Source: Candidatus Zhuqueibacterota bacterium (GTDB taxonomy: Bacteria > Zhuqueibacterota > Zhuqueibacteria > Oceanimicrobiales > Oceanimicrobiaceae). From it: 64,000 nt of DNA. Positions 9,974 through 20,222 of the stretch are shown one piece after another. A program made the translations under genes and the position numbers. The notes under the pieces were generated by a model. It worked only from the letters and a program-made list of their open reading frames with translations, had not been told where the DNA came from and did no database searches. The stretch covers positions 26,772-90,771 of the forward strand of contig JAJDAD010000036.1 in NCBI GenBank assembly GCA_029262055.1, in the 5' to 3' direction. Position 1 is the stretch's first letter; every line of letters begins with the position of its first letter.

Positions 9974-10460
9974 AAATCGGTAATCGCTATTCCTTGTTCG
10001 ATATTCAAGTTCTTGAACGGGTGCAGCAGAGTCAGGGACCTGGGAAGGTGATTTAAGAACAAGGATTGGCGACTTTAGATTTTGGAAGAATAAGTCGGTT
10101 GACGATGAGGAGAGCTTGGTTGGCCTGCAAGGCTAGCATCAAGAGCATGAATCAGAAATCGTTGAGGTTATTCCTTGTTCGATATTCAAGTACCTGTGGG
10201 TGCGGTAGAGTCAAGGACTTGTGAAGATGATTTAGGAACAAGCCTTGGCGATTTTGGATTTTGGAAGAAAGGAACGTTTGACGATGAGGGCCCAGGTTGA
10301 TTTGTTACTGCAAAAAGAATGTGGACCTGCAAAGGCTGGCATCAAGCGCTAAGATCAGAAATCGCTGATCGTTATTCCTTGTTCGATATTCAAGTACCTG
10401 TGGGTGCAGTAGAGTCAAGGATTTGTGAAGATGATTTAGGAACAAGGAGTAACGATTTCG
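9974..10460 (+). repeat. Three degenerate tandem repeats (period 181 and 204 nt), each forming a long hairpin
   Basis: Identical 23-mer TATTCCTTGTTCGATATTCAAGT at 9988, 10169 and 10373; each pairs with a downstream GAACAAG(G) arm. Confidence 0.9.
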
Positions 10461-10596
10461 GATTTTTGACGACGTGAAGAAGGCAAAATTCCTTGTTTTT
10501 GGAAACCTATGTTTTATATTTGAACGGTGCCTGAACCGGTGCCGCGTGTGATACGTTAACATATTGAAAACAAAGGATTCTAAGGAGGACAATTAG

Positions 10597-11097
10597 ATGA
10601 ACAAAGCCGTTGAACAGGCTCTCAATAATCAAATCAAGAATGAATTTTTTTCCGCCTATCTCTATCTGTCGATGTCAGCCCACTGTGACAGGATTAATCT
10701 GCCTGGATTTGCAGGCTGGTTAAGACAACAGTACGAGGAAGAGCGCGCTCACGCCTTGCGGTTATTCGATTTCCTTGCTGACCGGGGTGGCGAAATTGCT
10801 TTGCAGCAACTCGATACACCACAGGCCGAGTTCAGCTCTCCGGTGCAACTTTTTGAGGAAGTATTGGGGCACGAACGTAAAGTGACCGGGATGATCAACG
10901 ACCTCTACGCGCTGGCGGTCAAAGAGAATGACTATCCGACCCAGGTCGAGATGCAGTGGTTTATCACGGAGCAAGTTGAAGAAGAGAAAACCGCCGGCGA
11001 CATCGTGGCGCAGCTCAAGCTCGCGGGAGATAACAGTACCGCTCTCCTTCTCTTAGATCGCGAGCTTGGCAGTCGGGCCGGTGGCACAACCGAATAG
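10597..11097 (+). CDS. ftnA: Ferritin (non-heme)
   Basis: 166 aa; ferroxidase residues NEFFSAYLY, EEERAH, HERKVT, QWFITEQVEEE; AAGGAGG RBS. Confidence 0.95.
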   Translation: MNKAVEQALNNQIKNEFFSAYLYLSMSAHCDRINLPGFAGWLRQQYEEERAHALRLFDFLADRGGEIALQQLDTPQAEFSSPVQLFEEVLGHERKVTGMINDLYALAVKENDYPTQVEMQWFITEQVEEEKTAGDIVAQLKLAGDNSTALLLLDRELGSRAGGTTE

Positions 11098-11178
11098 GCC
11101 CGGACACGAGCGCAGAAGCGAAGGCAGGCAGGCCACAGTTCAACTAAGTAGATCACAATCATTTAACTTTGAGTTGAC

Positions 11179-11931
11179 ATGATGACAAAACTAGTTCTCC
11201 TCAGACACGGTGAAAGCGATTGGAATAAGCAGAACAGGTTCACGGGCTGGAAAGATGTCGGCCTGTCCGAGAAAGGTGTTATAGAGGCCCAAAAGGCCGG
11301 AGAGCTTCTCAGAAAGAACGGTTTTGTCTTCGATGTGGCGTTCACCTCGGTCCTCAAACGGGCCATCAAAACGCTGTGGTTGACGCTGGAAGATATGGAC
11401 CAGATGTGGATTCCGGTGCACCGTTCGTGGCGTCTGAATGAACGTCATTACGGCGCGCTGCAAGGGTTGAACAAAGCAGAAACCGCCGCCAAGTACGGTG
11501 ACGAGCAAGTGCTCGTCTGGCGCAGAAGTTATGATACGCCACCACCTGCGCTCGAAGAATCAGACGAGCGCTATCCCGGCAATGAGGCGCGCTACCAGGG
11601 CCTGCTGGAAGCCGACTTGCCTGTGGCTGAGTGTTTGAAAGACACGGTTGAACGTTTTCTACCCTACTGGCACGACGTCATTGCTCCGGTCGTGCATTCG
11701 GGCAAGAGAGTGATTATAGCGGCGCATGGCAATAGTCTGCGCGCTCTGGTGAAATATCTGGATGAGGTTTCTGAAGAGGAAATCGTGGGCCTGAATATTC
11801 CGACCGGCATGCCCTTGGTTTATGAGCTTGATGCGGAACTCAAGCCGATCCAGCATTACTACCTTGGCGATGCAGATGAAGTGCAGAAGGCCATGGCCGC
11901 CGTGGCAAATCAGGGGAAAGCCAAGTCGTAA
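11179..11931 (+). CDS. gpmA: 2,3-bisphosphoglycerate-dependent phosphoglycerate mutase
   Basis: [36 protein letters not shown]. Confidence 0.97.
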   Translation: MMTKLVLLRHGESDWNKQNRFTGWKDVGLSEKGVIEAQKAGELLRKNGFVFDVAFTSVLKRAIKTLWLTLEDMDQMWIPVHRSWRLNERHYGALQGLNKAETAAKYGDEQVLVWRRSYDTPPPALEESDERYPGNEARYQGLLEADLPVAECLKDTVERFLPYWHDVIAPVVHSGKRVIIAAHGNSLRALVKYLDEVSEEEIVGLNIPTGMPLVYELDAELKPIQHYYLGDADEVQKAMAAVANQGKAKS

Positions 11932-11956
11932 CCTGCCCGTCGGGCTGGATGCCGAG

Positions 11957-14900
11957 CTATTTCACCAGCACCAGCCTGCGTGCGGCCCGCCAGTCCCCGG
12001 CTTCAATCGTGTAGACGTAGACGCCGGAAGTCGCAACCGAGCCGTTTTTGTTTTTCCCATCCCATGTAATTGAATACTGGCCTGCTGCCAGCCGGCCGTT
12101 GTGCAACGTCTGGACCAATCTTCCGCGCAAGTCATAGAGTCTTAGAACTACGTTTGAGCTGGTCGCCAGGCTAAAGTCGATGCGGGTCCCCAGGTTGAAC
12201 GGATTGGGGTAGTTTTGCGCCAACGCAAAATCTGTCGGCACCGCGCCGTTATCACGCGGGTCCGCAACACTGACGGTTGGGCTGATGGTAAACCTGGCAT
12301 CGCTTACATCTGACGGCAAATTGCTGATCGCGCTGTTTATCCGCACCAACACACTGTCTGAAGATATGTCCGGAAGTGTCCAGTCATAGCTTCCGCTGTT
12401 GGGCGCTTCGGGATCGATTACTTCCCACAACCGGCCATTATCCGCGGAATATTCCAGCCGCACCGACTGCAGAAGACCTGAAGATTGCCACCGTACTTCC
12501 TGAGTCGAACCCGACAACCACAGTTCCCCACCGTTGGGGACCAGAAGGTTGAGACTTGAACTGATGATAGTGAAGACTGCATCGCTTTCATCCTCCACTT
12601 CGCTGTCTGCGGTGCTTGCGACTCTGACGAGCGCATTCACGGTCAGGACGTTCGGAACCAGCAACAGGAAACCACCGGAGTTTTCCAGCCGGCCGGCCCG
12701 CACCCAGGTGTTGCCTTTGTTGAGAGAGTATTCTATCAGGACGGAGTCTATAGACCCTACGCTCAGCCAGGCAATGGTTTGCGTAGATCCGCCTGCCCAG
12801 GTTTCACCGCCATTGGGCGAGGTTACCGTGATTCCTCTCCGGAGAATTGCAAACACAGCATCGGTCACATCATTGACCGCTGCGTCTGCGGCATTTTCGA
12901 TGAAGAGGCTGACCTGGTCGGATGTAATATCGGGTAGCGTCCAAGTATAGGAGCCTGAGTTGGGGATGTCTTGTGCAATTGCCACCCGCGGCGAGTCAGG
13001 GGCGACCGAATAGTACAGATTGACTGCCGCGATGTCTCCGTTTGAATTCCACGAAACCTGCTGCACTGTTTCCGCTTCCCAGATCTCGCCACCGTTCGGT
13101 GAGAGAATAGTAAAACCGGAACGAATAATGATAAAGACCGCATCGCTCTCGTCAGAGAGAGTCGGATCACTCGAACTGGTGATTCGCACCAAAACTGTAT
13201 TGCTGGTCAGGTTCGGTACCGACCACTGCAACGAATCTGTATTTGCCAGGTCATCCGCAATCAGAGACCAGTTTGCCCCCGAATTGGTTGAATACTCCAG
13301 GTCCACAAAGGGCACTGTCCCGATTGTCTGCCACGAGATGGTTTGCGATGTGCCGCCATTCCATAACTCGCCACCGTTCGGAGCCAGCAAGGCGAGTTCC
13401 GGATCGCGGATACTGAAAGTATTGTCGCTGACATCCGCGGGATTTTCATCGGCTGCATCAGAGATGCGGACCATGGCGACGGTGGTTTGGACTGGTGGAA
13501 TAAGCCACGCAAACGTGCCGCTGTTTGGTGCGCTGGCCGAGATGGCAAGCCAGGTTCCGCCAGCGTTGACCGAGTATTCGAGCTTGACCGCGGAAATGTC
13601 ACCAGCGCTGTTCCAGGTTATATTCTGTGTTGTCGCCGGCGACCATATTTCGCCGCCGTTGGGAGACGTCAGGGTCAGGCTGGGCTGCGAGATGGTAAAG
13701 TCGGCATCGCTGACATCTGACGGTACACCATCGCCCGCATCCGAAATTCGCACGAAAACACTGTCGTCGGAAATATCGGGCACCGTCCAATCGTAGGAGC
13801 CGTCATTCTCCATGCTTTCGATGATTACTAACCAGCCGTTGGCCTGGGTCCAGTATTCGGCTTTGACCGGGCCGATGTTGCCGGAGGACGTCCAGGCAAT
13901 TGTCTGCAGGGTTCCTGCCTGCCAGTTTTCCCCACCATTGGGACTCGTCAGCGTGAGCACTGAGGCCACGATGGCAAAGGGGGCATCGCTTTCGTCCGAA
14001 GGGACGCCGTCTGCCGCATCGCTTACTCTGATCAGAGCAAGGCTGGTCTGAAAGTCCGGTACCGACCAACTATAGCTCCCGGAGTTAGGCGTACTCGCAA
14101 CAATTTCCGTCCAGCTGGCGCCATTGTCTGGCGAGTACTCGAGCCTGACGTTGCTGATCGGCCCGGTGGAAGTCCAGGTGATGTCCTGAGTGCTGACGCC
14201 CGGGAGACTCTCGCCACCGTTGGGTGAGGTGATTGTCAGGCTTGAAATGCTGACGGAAAAAACCGCATCGCTCGTGTCCGAGGTTGCGGCATCCAGCGCA
14301 TCGGAAACCCTCACCAACATAGTCTGCGATTCGATGTTTGGCAGGAGCCAGTCAAAGGTACTGTCATTTGGGGTGGATGTGACTACCGTGGTCCAATTGC
14401 TGCCGGAATCTGCGGAATACTCAATCAGGACATCGGCGATGTCGCCTGTGTGCGTCCACTGAATCGGAAAGGTCGCTCCGGCTTCGAGCGTTTCCCCGCC
14501 GTTTGGGCTGGTTACTGTCAGGGTATTTGGCTGAGGCGGTGAGCCGAGGATTTCGTACCAGACGATTCTTTTGTTCTTGGTCAGAACCGCGCCAATATCT
14601 TTGTCACCATCACCATCGTAGTCGGCCAGGTTTACGCAACGCGGGCGGGTCACACTGTCGTCTAGCAGGACCCGACTGAAGCTTTCGTTGCCGTCATTCA
14701 GCCAGTATGTGATCTGGTCCGGGACATATTCGGCCACCACTACATCGTTGTCACCGTCGAGATCCAGGTCGCCGACGACCTGTGACCAGGACTCACCGAT
14801 TGCCGGAGCAATGCTACGTTCGGAAAAAGTCCCGCCGTCGTTCTCGAACCAGTCGATATCGCCGTTGTTTCTCTGGTTGCGCAGAATATCCAAATCGCCA

Positions 14901-15628
14901 TCCTGGTCCAAATCGGTTGGCAGCACGCTGAACGTACCAAAAGAACCGAGTGAGGTCCTGGAAAAAGCGCCGGCCCCATCATTTCTCCACCAGGCTGTTT
15001 TTCCGCCCCCGCCTGCGATGATGTCCTGGTCGCCGTCTTCATCGAGGTCGATGGCCCGGATAGCATGCGGGCTGTTAAAATCGTTGTCTAGCACATGGCG
15101 TGTGAAATTCTGCTCACCGTTGTTTTCCCACCAGACAATATTTCGGTTTTCCCAGACCGCCGCCATCAGGTCGATATCGTTGTCGTTGTCCAGATCGGCG
15201 GAAAAGACGCCGTGCGCGATCTGGTAGTTTTCTTCTACCAGTCGTTCTGTGAATGTTCCATCGCCGTTGTTGCGGAACCACGAGATGTTCTTTGGTACTT
15301 CCGCACAGGCCACCACATCCATATCACCGTCGCTGTCGATGTCATTCGGGTGAATTGACCAGGAGTCATTGAACGTACTGCTGATGACATGCTGGCTAAA
15401 GGAACCGCTGCCGTCATTCTCGTACCATCTGAGACCGGAATTGATGGAGGCAGCTACAATGTCGGGATCGCCATCGTTTTCAAAGTCGACGGTGACGATC
15501 CAAAACCCGGTTTGGTAGCTGGTGTCGATGTTGTGTTTTTCTGTGTTAATCTGGGCGTGGACCAAACCCGTGAAGAAGATGAGAAAAGAAAGGCAGTATG
15601 AGGAAGGCCTTTTATACTTGAAAAACAT
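11957..15628 (-). CDS. Secreted FG-GAP propeller + 8 tandem 'PNGGE' Ig-like domains + FlgD-Ig/T9SS-type CTD
   Basis: DxDxDGDxD repeats; eight (S/A/V)PNGGE units of ~95 aa; QNYPNPFN..GVYVY end. Confidence 0.9.
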   Translation of the reverse strand: MFFKYKRPSSYCLSFLIFFTGLVHAQINTEKHNIDTSYQTGFWIVTVDFENDGDPDIVAASINSGLRWYENDGSGSFSQHVISSTFNDSWSIHPNDIDSDGDMDVVACAEVPKNISWFRNNGDGTFTERLVEENYQIAHGVFSADLDNDNDIDLMAAVWENRNIVWWENNGEQNFTRHVLDNDFNSPHAIRAIDLDEDGDQDIIAGGGGKTAWWRNDGAGAFSRTSLGSFGTFSVLPTDLDQDGDLDILRNQRNNGDIDWFENDGGTFSERSIAPAIGESWSQVVGDLDLDGDNDVVVAEYVPDQITYWLNDGNESFSRVLLDDSVTRPRCVNLADYDGDGDKDIGAVLTKNKRIVWYEILGSPPQPNTLTVTSPNGGETLEAGATFPIQWTHTGDIADVLIEYSADSGSNWTTVVTSTPNDSTFDWLLPNIESQTMLVRVSDALDAATSDTSDAVFSVSISSLTITSPNGGESLPGVSTQDITWTSTGPISNVRLEYSPDNGASWTEIVASTPNSGSYSWSVPDFQTSLALIRVSDAADGVPSDESDAPFAIVASVLTLTSPNGGENWQAGTLQTIAWTSSGNIGPVKAEYWTQANGWLVIIESMENDGSYDWTVPDISDDSVFVRISDAGDGVPSDVSDADFTISQPSLTLTSPNGGEIWSPATTQNITWNSAGDISAVKLEYSVNAGGTWLAISASAPNSGTFAWLIPPVQTTVAMVRISDAADENPADVSDNTFSIRDPELALLAPNGGELWNGGTSQTISWQTIGTVPFVDLEYSTNSGANWSLIADDLANTDSLQWSVPNLTSNTVLVRITSSSDPTLSDESDAVFIIIRSGFTILSPNGGEIWEAETVQQVSWNSNGDIAAVNLYYSVAPDSPRVAIAQDIPNSGSYTWTLPDITSDQVSLFIENAADAAVNDVTDAVFAILRRGITVTSPNGGETWAGGSTQTIAWLSVGSIDSVLIEYSLNKGNTWVRAGRLENSGGFLLLVPNVLTVNALVRVASTADSEVEDESDAVFTIISSSLNLLVPNGGELWLSGSTQEVRWQSSGLLQSVRLEYSADNGRLWEVIDPEAPNSGSYDWTLPDISSDSVLVRINSAISNLPSDVSDARFTISPTVSVADPRDNGAVPTDFALAQNYPNPFNLGTRIDFSLATSSNVVLRLYDLRGRLVQTLHNGRLAAGQYSITWDGKNKNGSVATSGVYVYTIEAGDWRAARRLVLVK

Positions 15629-15926
15629 GTTCTTGCTCTCCCTGTCCTGAAGATGCCTGGCCGCGCTGCACCGTGCGGCTCTTATTGTTTTGAAAATTAC
15701 CCCCCGCCTTGCATCTAGTTAGTATACGGTCATTATGATCGAACTGGCGAGACCGCAACGTGCTTTCGTGCTGACGAGTTTCTTCTTGCAGGTGCACGGA
15801 CTTTTGTGTTTCTTGAGCAGGTGACGCAATGGGCCACCGGACTCGTTATGATACATGTCTTTAGTAATTGCGGAGATCCTGTCTGCACCAGTATCCACTT
15901 AAATAATCGGCACATAGGAGGTCCAC

Positions 15927-16274
15927 TTGATGAGCAGCCGCCCTGTTTTTTCAGAGGAAGACATTGCGATTCTCCCCAACGAACGATCCGAAACCATTCC
16001 ATCGGCCTGGTACACACATCCGGATTTCCACGGGCTGGACCAGGACGCGATTTTCAGCCGGACCTGGCAGTACGTCGGACACACTTCACAGGCCTCCAAG
16101 GTAGGTGGTTTTTTTCTGGCTTCAGTGGCAGACCATCCGGTTATGGTAGGACAATCGTCGCGACAGGAGGCCTTTCTGGACTACTGGCACTGCAGAGTTT
16201 TGCAGTGTGAACAGGGCGTTTATCATTTTCAAAGCCTGCTAAAACAGACTTATGCCGAAAAAATCTCAAAGTGA
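15927..16274 (+). pseudogene. Internally deleted aromatic-ring-hydroxylating (Rieske) oxygenase alpha subunit
   Basis: N-terminus TIPSAWYT..IFSRTWQYVGH..FFLASVADHPV joined to a C-terminal-like EQGVYHFQ; Rieske CxH/CxxH and catalytic domain missing. Confidence 0.7.
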
Positions 16275-16445
16275 CGGAAAAATCATTTGGATTCCTGCGC
16301 TTTTCAACTTTCTTATAGACAGCCCTCCTCTCGAGACATGCAATGCCGGTTCGACCAGTCGTTGCTGCTTCGAGAGCGGCGGGTTCTGAGAGGGGTCTAA
16401 TTTCCGGACTTTGTTGCAGAACTAGATACCAGGGATTGTATTTTT

Positions 16446-16826
16446 ATGGACACGGACGAATTTGTACGCACCGAAGAGCTATCCTATAAAATTGTAGACC
16501 TCGCGATGATTGTAAAGCAGCGCCTCAAAAGTGTTTTTGACCAGGATATCTATAGGAATGCTCTGGTAGTTATGCTCCGGAAAAACGATATTTCCGCCAA
16601 GCTTCGCGAACCGGTAAAAATTTATTTTGAAGGAGAAGTGGTGGGGGATTACCACGTCGACCTGCTTGTGGAAGGTAAGATCATCGTCGAGTGCCGCATA
16701 TCGGATGAAATCGATAGCCGGGAACGCGCACGCATTATGACCTGCCTGAACGCATCAGGCTTGCAGCTTGGCCTGCTGCTCAATTTTGGCAAAGGCGAGC
16801 TCGAGTACCAGCGTTTGCTCAGTTAA
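16446..16826 (+). CDS. GxxExxY family protein (PD-(D/E)xK fold), degenerate motifs
   Basis: EELSYKIV..IY..VDLLVEGKIIVE..GLLLNFG pattern. Confidence 0.8.
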   Translation: MDTDEFVRTEELSYKIVDLAMIVKQRLKSVFDQDIYRNALVVMLRKNDISAKLREPVKIYFEGEVVGDYHVDLLVEGKIIVECRISDEIDSRERARIMTCLNASGLQLGLLLNFGKGELEYQRLLS

Positions 16827-16862
16827 GCTCGTGATTTCTTGCCACCTTTCATATCCGGAAAC

Positions 16863-17918
16863 ATGGTTCGCGAACTGACGGAGTTATCTCCGAAGACAGC
16901 AGCGTTTAGATCGAGCCAGGATGTGCTACCCGCCATTCGGGAAGCCTGTGATGAGAATCACGACATCGCTACCTATCACGAGATCGGCAAGAGCGAAACC
17001 GGGGTGCCCATATGTGCGGCTGTCATTGGCGCGGGTCCGGCAACGGTCTCGCTTGTAGCCGGGGCGCATTCCGATGAACCGGTGGGCCCAGAAACTCTGC
17101 GCACACTGATTTTGGCGCTGCTTGCGAACCGCGCGCGCTTCAGCGATCTCTTGCAAGAATTCCGTTTCGTTATCATTCCCCATGTCAATCCTGATGGCGA
17201 GAGCCGCAATCAGACCTGGATCCGTGACTGGCCTGACATTGAATCGTACATTCGGAGTGTTTTTCGCGAGCTGCCGGGCCGCGACGTCGAATTTGGCTAC
17301 CCGGCCATGCGACCGGAAAACAAGGCTGTTTCCGGGTTCTTGTCCGGGTTTGCGCCAATCTCGCTGCACGCCAGCTTGCACGGGATGGGCTTTTCCGATG
17401 GCGTGATGTTGTTGCTTGGCAAAACCTGGATTGAAAAAACGGCCGGACTGCGTAAAGCGTTTTCAGCTTACGCAAAGACTCTGAACTTGCGCTTGCATGA
17501 TCACGATCGCGCCGGCGAGAAGGGTTTTCACCACATTGGACCCGGATATACCACCACGCCGGCAGGCAAAGCCATGCGCGAGCACTTTCACGCACAGGGC
17601 GACCCGGAAATGGCCGGACTGTTTCATGACAGCTCGATGGAGTTTGTCGCCGGTCTCGGCGGCGCACCGCTTTGCATGGTGACTGAACTACCGCTGTTCC
17701 TCATTCGGAAAGAAGCCGAAAGCCGGCCCGGCATCCCGGCCGCCTATCTGGAGTTCAAATCTGCTTTGCCTGAAATACGTTCCCGGCTTGCCACGGGCGT
17801 CTCAGTAACCGAGTTGCTGGCGCCATTTGATCTGCAACCCCTACCATTGGAAATGCAAATAGAGATGCAATTGTACGCGATTCAACTCTGCCTGAATTTA
17901 GTTACAGAGGCGGCATGA
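16863..17918 (+). CDS. M14-family zinc carboxypeptidase-like protein
   Basis: GAHSDE (HxxE), NPDG, SLHG and TELP motifs. Confidence 0.8.
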   Translation: MVRELTELSPKTAAFRSSQDVLPAIREACDENHDIATYHEIGKSETGVPICAAVIGAGPATVSLVAGAHSDEPVGPETLRTLILALLANRARFSDLLQEFRFVIIPHVNPDGESRNQTWIRDWPDIESYIRSVFRELPGRDVEFGYPAMRPENKAVSGFLSGFAPISLHASLHGMGFSDGVMLLLGKTWIEKTAGLRKAFSAYAKTLNLRLHDHDRAGEKGFHHIGPGYTTTPAGKAMREHFHAQGDPEMAGLFHDSSMEFVAGLGGAPLCMVTELPLFLIRKEAESRPGIPAAYLEFKSALPEIRSRLATGVSVTELLAPFDLQPLPLEMQIEMQLYAIQLCLNLVTEAA

Positions 17919-19759
17919 CCGGAAAGCACGTACGGCTTGGCGCCCTGGCCCGCCAAATCAAGCGACTCCAGGCCCGGATCGAAAAAGCACAGGCGACCAG
18001 CGCGCGCTTTTCCCGTTTGCGTCTCGGTATCTTTATAGCCGGTATGAGCGTTGGTATCGCGCTCTATTACTTGCTTTCGATTGTTGCCGGCTGGTTGGTA
18101 ATAGGGGCGACCATTGCCATTTTCAATGTTGTCGCCTGGGTCCACCGGCGCATTGATAAAAGTTTGAAGGCATCCCAAATCTGGCACGAACTAAAGATCC
18201 GTCAGCGTGCACGGATGCTGCTTGATTGGGACGACATCCCGGCGGCCCTGGCAAGCGAGACGACAGATGCCCACTCTTTTGGAGCCGACCTCGATATCAC
18301 CGGCGAGCGCTCCCTGCACCGACTCATCGATTCGGCTATTTCGATGGCGGGCAGCACGCTTCTGCGCGACTGGCTGCTTCAGCCTGAACTGGACCTGGAG
18401 GTGATTGCGGCGCGGCAGGAGGTCGTCCGCGAGTTAACCCCGCTGGCCCGTTTCCGGGACAAACTCTACCTGGCGTTTCGCCTGGTTTCGCGCAAGCATC
18501 TCGACAGCCACAGCCTTTTGCACTTTCTGGGGAGCAGGCATTTGCCTGCCGGATTCAACAAAGTGCTGGTGAGTTCACTTGTGCTGGCAGCCGTCAACGT
18601 TTGCCTGCTTGCTCTGCATTGGCTGCATGGACTCCCTGCCTATTGGATGTTCGGCCTGTTGGTGTACGCAATTATTTATCTTTGGAACCAGAAAGCAGTC
18701 GATGCACTGCTGATCGAATCCGTTTTTATCTCCGAGGAATTGCAGAAACTGAAGGCCGTCCTGGGCTATTTGGAATCGTATCGTTATGGTCAGCACCAGC
18801 ATTTACGCGAACTTTGCCGGCCATTCTGGCAACCTTCGGAGCGGCCTTCACGGCAGTTGCGCAACACCGCATTGCTGGGTACCGCGGTCGGATTGCGAAT
18901 GAATCCGGTCTTTCGCCTGGCCCTGAATCTGGCCGTGCCGTGGGACTTCTGTCTGGTGCGACTGATGCACGGATTCAGCAAGCGACTACACCTGCAGTTA
19001 GGTCGGTGGTTTGCCGCCCTGACCGAGCTTGAAGCGTTGAACTCACTGGCAAATTTTGCTTACTTGAATCCCGGCTCGACGTTGCCGGTCATTACCAGCG
19101 CCGATGGGGTCGACGTTGTCTTCCAGGGGGAGGGTTTGGGGCACCCACTGATTGCCAGCGAAATGCGCCGATGCAACGATTTTATTTTTGAGAAACGGGG
19201 AGATGTGGTTGTGATCACCGGCTCGAACATGTCCGGCAAGAGCACATTCCTGAAAACAGTGGGGGTCAACCTGTGCCTTGCCTTTGCCGGCGGCCCGGTG
19301 ATCGCCCAAAGCCTGCACACGTGCCTGCTGCGCCTGTTTACCTGCATCAAGATAAATGATTCCGTCACTGACGGTTTTTCCTTTTTCTACGCGGAGGTCA
19401 AGCGTCTGAAGCAGCTCCTGCAGGAACTGCGTGCCGACTCGGACCTGCCCCTCATCTTCTTAATCGATGAGATATTCAGGGGCACCAATAATCGCGAGCG
19501 TCTGCTTGGCAGTCAGGCTTATGTCAAAGCGCTGGTTGGGCAAAACGGGCTGGGAGCCATTTCGACTCACGATCTTGAACTGACCAATCTGGCAAAGACG
19601 ATCCCACAGGTCAGCAATTTTCATTTTCGCGAAGAAGTGGAGGGCGGTAAAATGGTCTTTGATTACAAGATGCGCCCCGGCCCCTGTCCTTCCACCAATG
19701 CCCTCAAAATTATGCAAATGGAGGGGTTGCCCGTTGAGTTCACGCCGGAAGCTGACTGA
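17915..19759 (+). CDS. Membrane-anchored MutS domain V ATPase (MutS-related)
   Basis: N-terminal TM segments; GHPLI, TGSNMSGKST, SFFYAEV, IDEIFRGTN, STHD; ATGA overlap with upstream gene. Confidence 0.9.
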   Translation: MTGKHVRLGALARQIKRLQARIEKAQATSARFSRLRLGIFIAGMSVGIALYYLLSIVAGWLVIGATIAIFNVVAWVHRRIDKSLKASQIWHELKIRQRARMLLDWDDIPAALASETTDAHSFGADLDITGERSLHRLIDSAISMAGSTLLRDWLLQPELDLEVIAARQEVVRELTPLARFRDKLYLAFRLVSRKHLDSHSLLHFLGSRHLPAGFNKVLVSSLVLAAVNVCLLALHWLHGLPAYWMFGLLVYAIIYLWNQKAVDALLIESVFISEELQKLKAVLGYLESYRYGQHQHLRELCRPFWQPSERPSRQLRNTALLGTAVGLRMNPVFRLALNLAVPWDFCLVRLMHGFSKRLHLQLGRWFAALTELEALNSLANFAYLNPGSTLPVITSADGVDVVFQGEGLGHPLIASEMRRCNDFIFEKRGDVVVITGSNMSGKSTFLKTVGVNLCLAFAGGPVIAQSLHTCLLRLFTCIKINDSVTDGFSFFYAEVKRLKQLLQELRADSDLPLIFLIDEIFRGTNNRERLLGSQAYVKALVGQNGLGAISTHDLELTNLAKTIPQVSNFHFREEVEGGKMVFDYKMRPGPCPSTNALKIMQMEGLPVEFTPEAD

Positions 19760-20222
19760 CTTCATGCTGCTCCGACCAAGTGCGGACTTGCGAACTGTTT
19801 TTCTCATTTCCTTCCATTTGTCCAAAGTCTTCTTCACGAACTTCTACCTTTCCTTTCTTTAAACATGAGTAAACTGCGTCAAGCGTACACATTTTTGGTA
19901 TTGGAATAAGAGCCATTTTTGTCAATTATGTGATACCACTTTGCGCCGATCCATAGGCCGAAACAACGGGTATCTCCCTCCCGGAAGCCATAAAGTTTGA
20001 GAAACTTCTTGACTCTCGCCGGACCTCATTGTAGATTGTCCCTGTCCAGGGATCTCTCCCATCGATTGTGCCATCAAACTTCTGAGTTGTTTTCCGTTGC
20101 CGGGCAACGTCTAGTTGCGGTTTCTTCTCTAATCCTTCCTATCTCCGCTGGTCAAATATCGTTGCGGATATTCACCTTAGCGTACCACCAACTAACCCTT
20201 TTATTCACTTGAGAGGTGTAAC

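Noticed and set aside
9974..10460. CRISPR array
   Set aside because: Period is ~180-200 nt, the inter-repeat sequences are homologous rather than unique, and there are no cas genes.
10520..10580. Fur box upstream of ferritin
   Set aside because: AT-rich but no convincing GATAATGATAATCATTATC-like repeat.
10305..10592. 95-aa minus-strand ORF over the repeats
   Set aside because: Overlaps the ferritin promoter/RBS, and the frame is not preserved between repeat copies.
19760..20222. Small ORFs, a selenoprotein (in-frame TGA) or an IS remnant on the minus strand
   Set aside because: No start/RBS, several TGAs, no recognisable motif or terminal inverted repeats.
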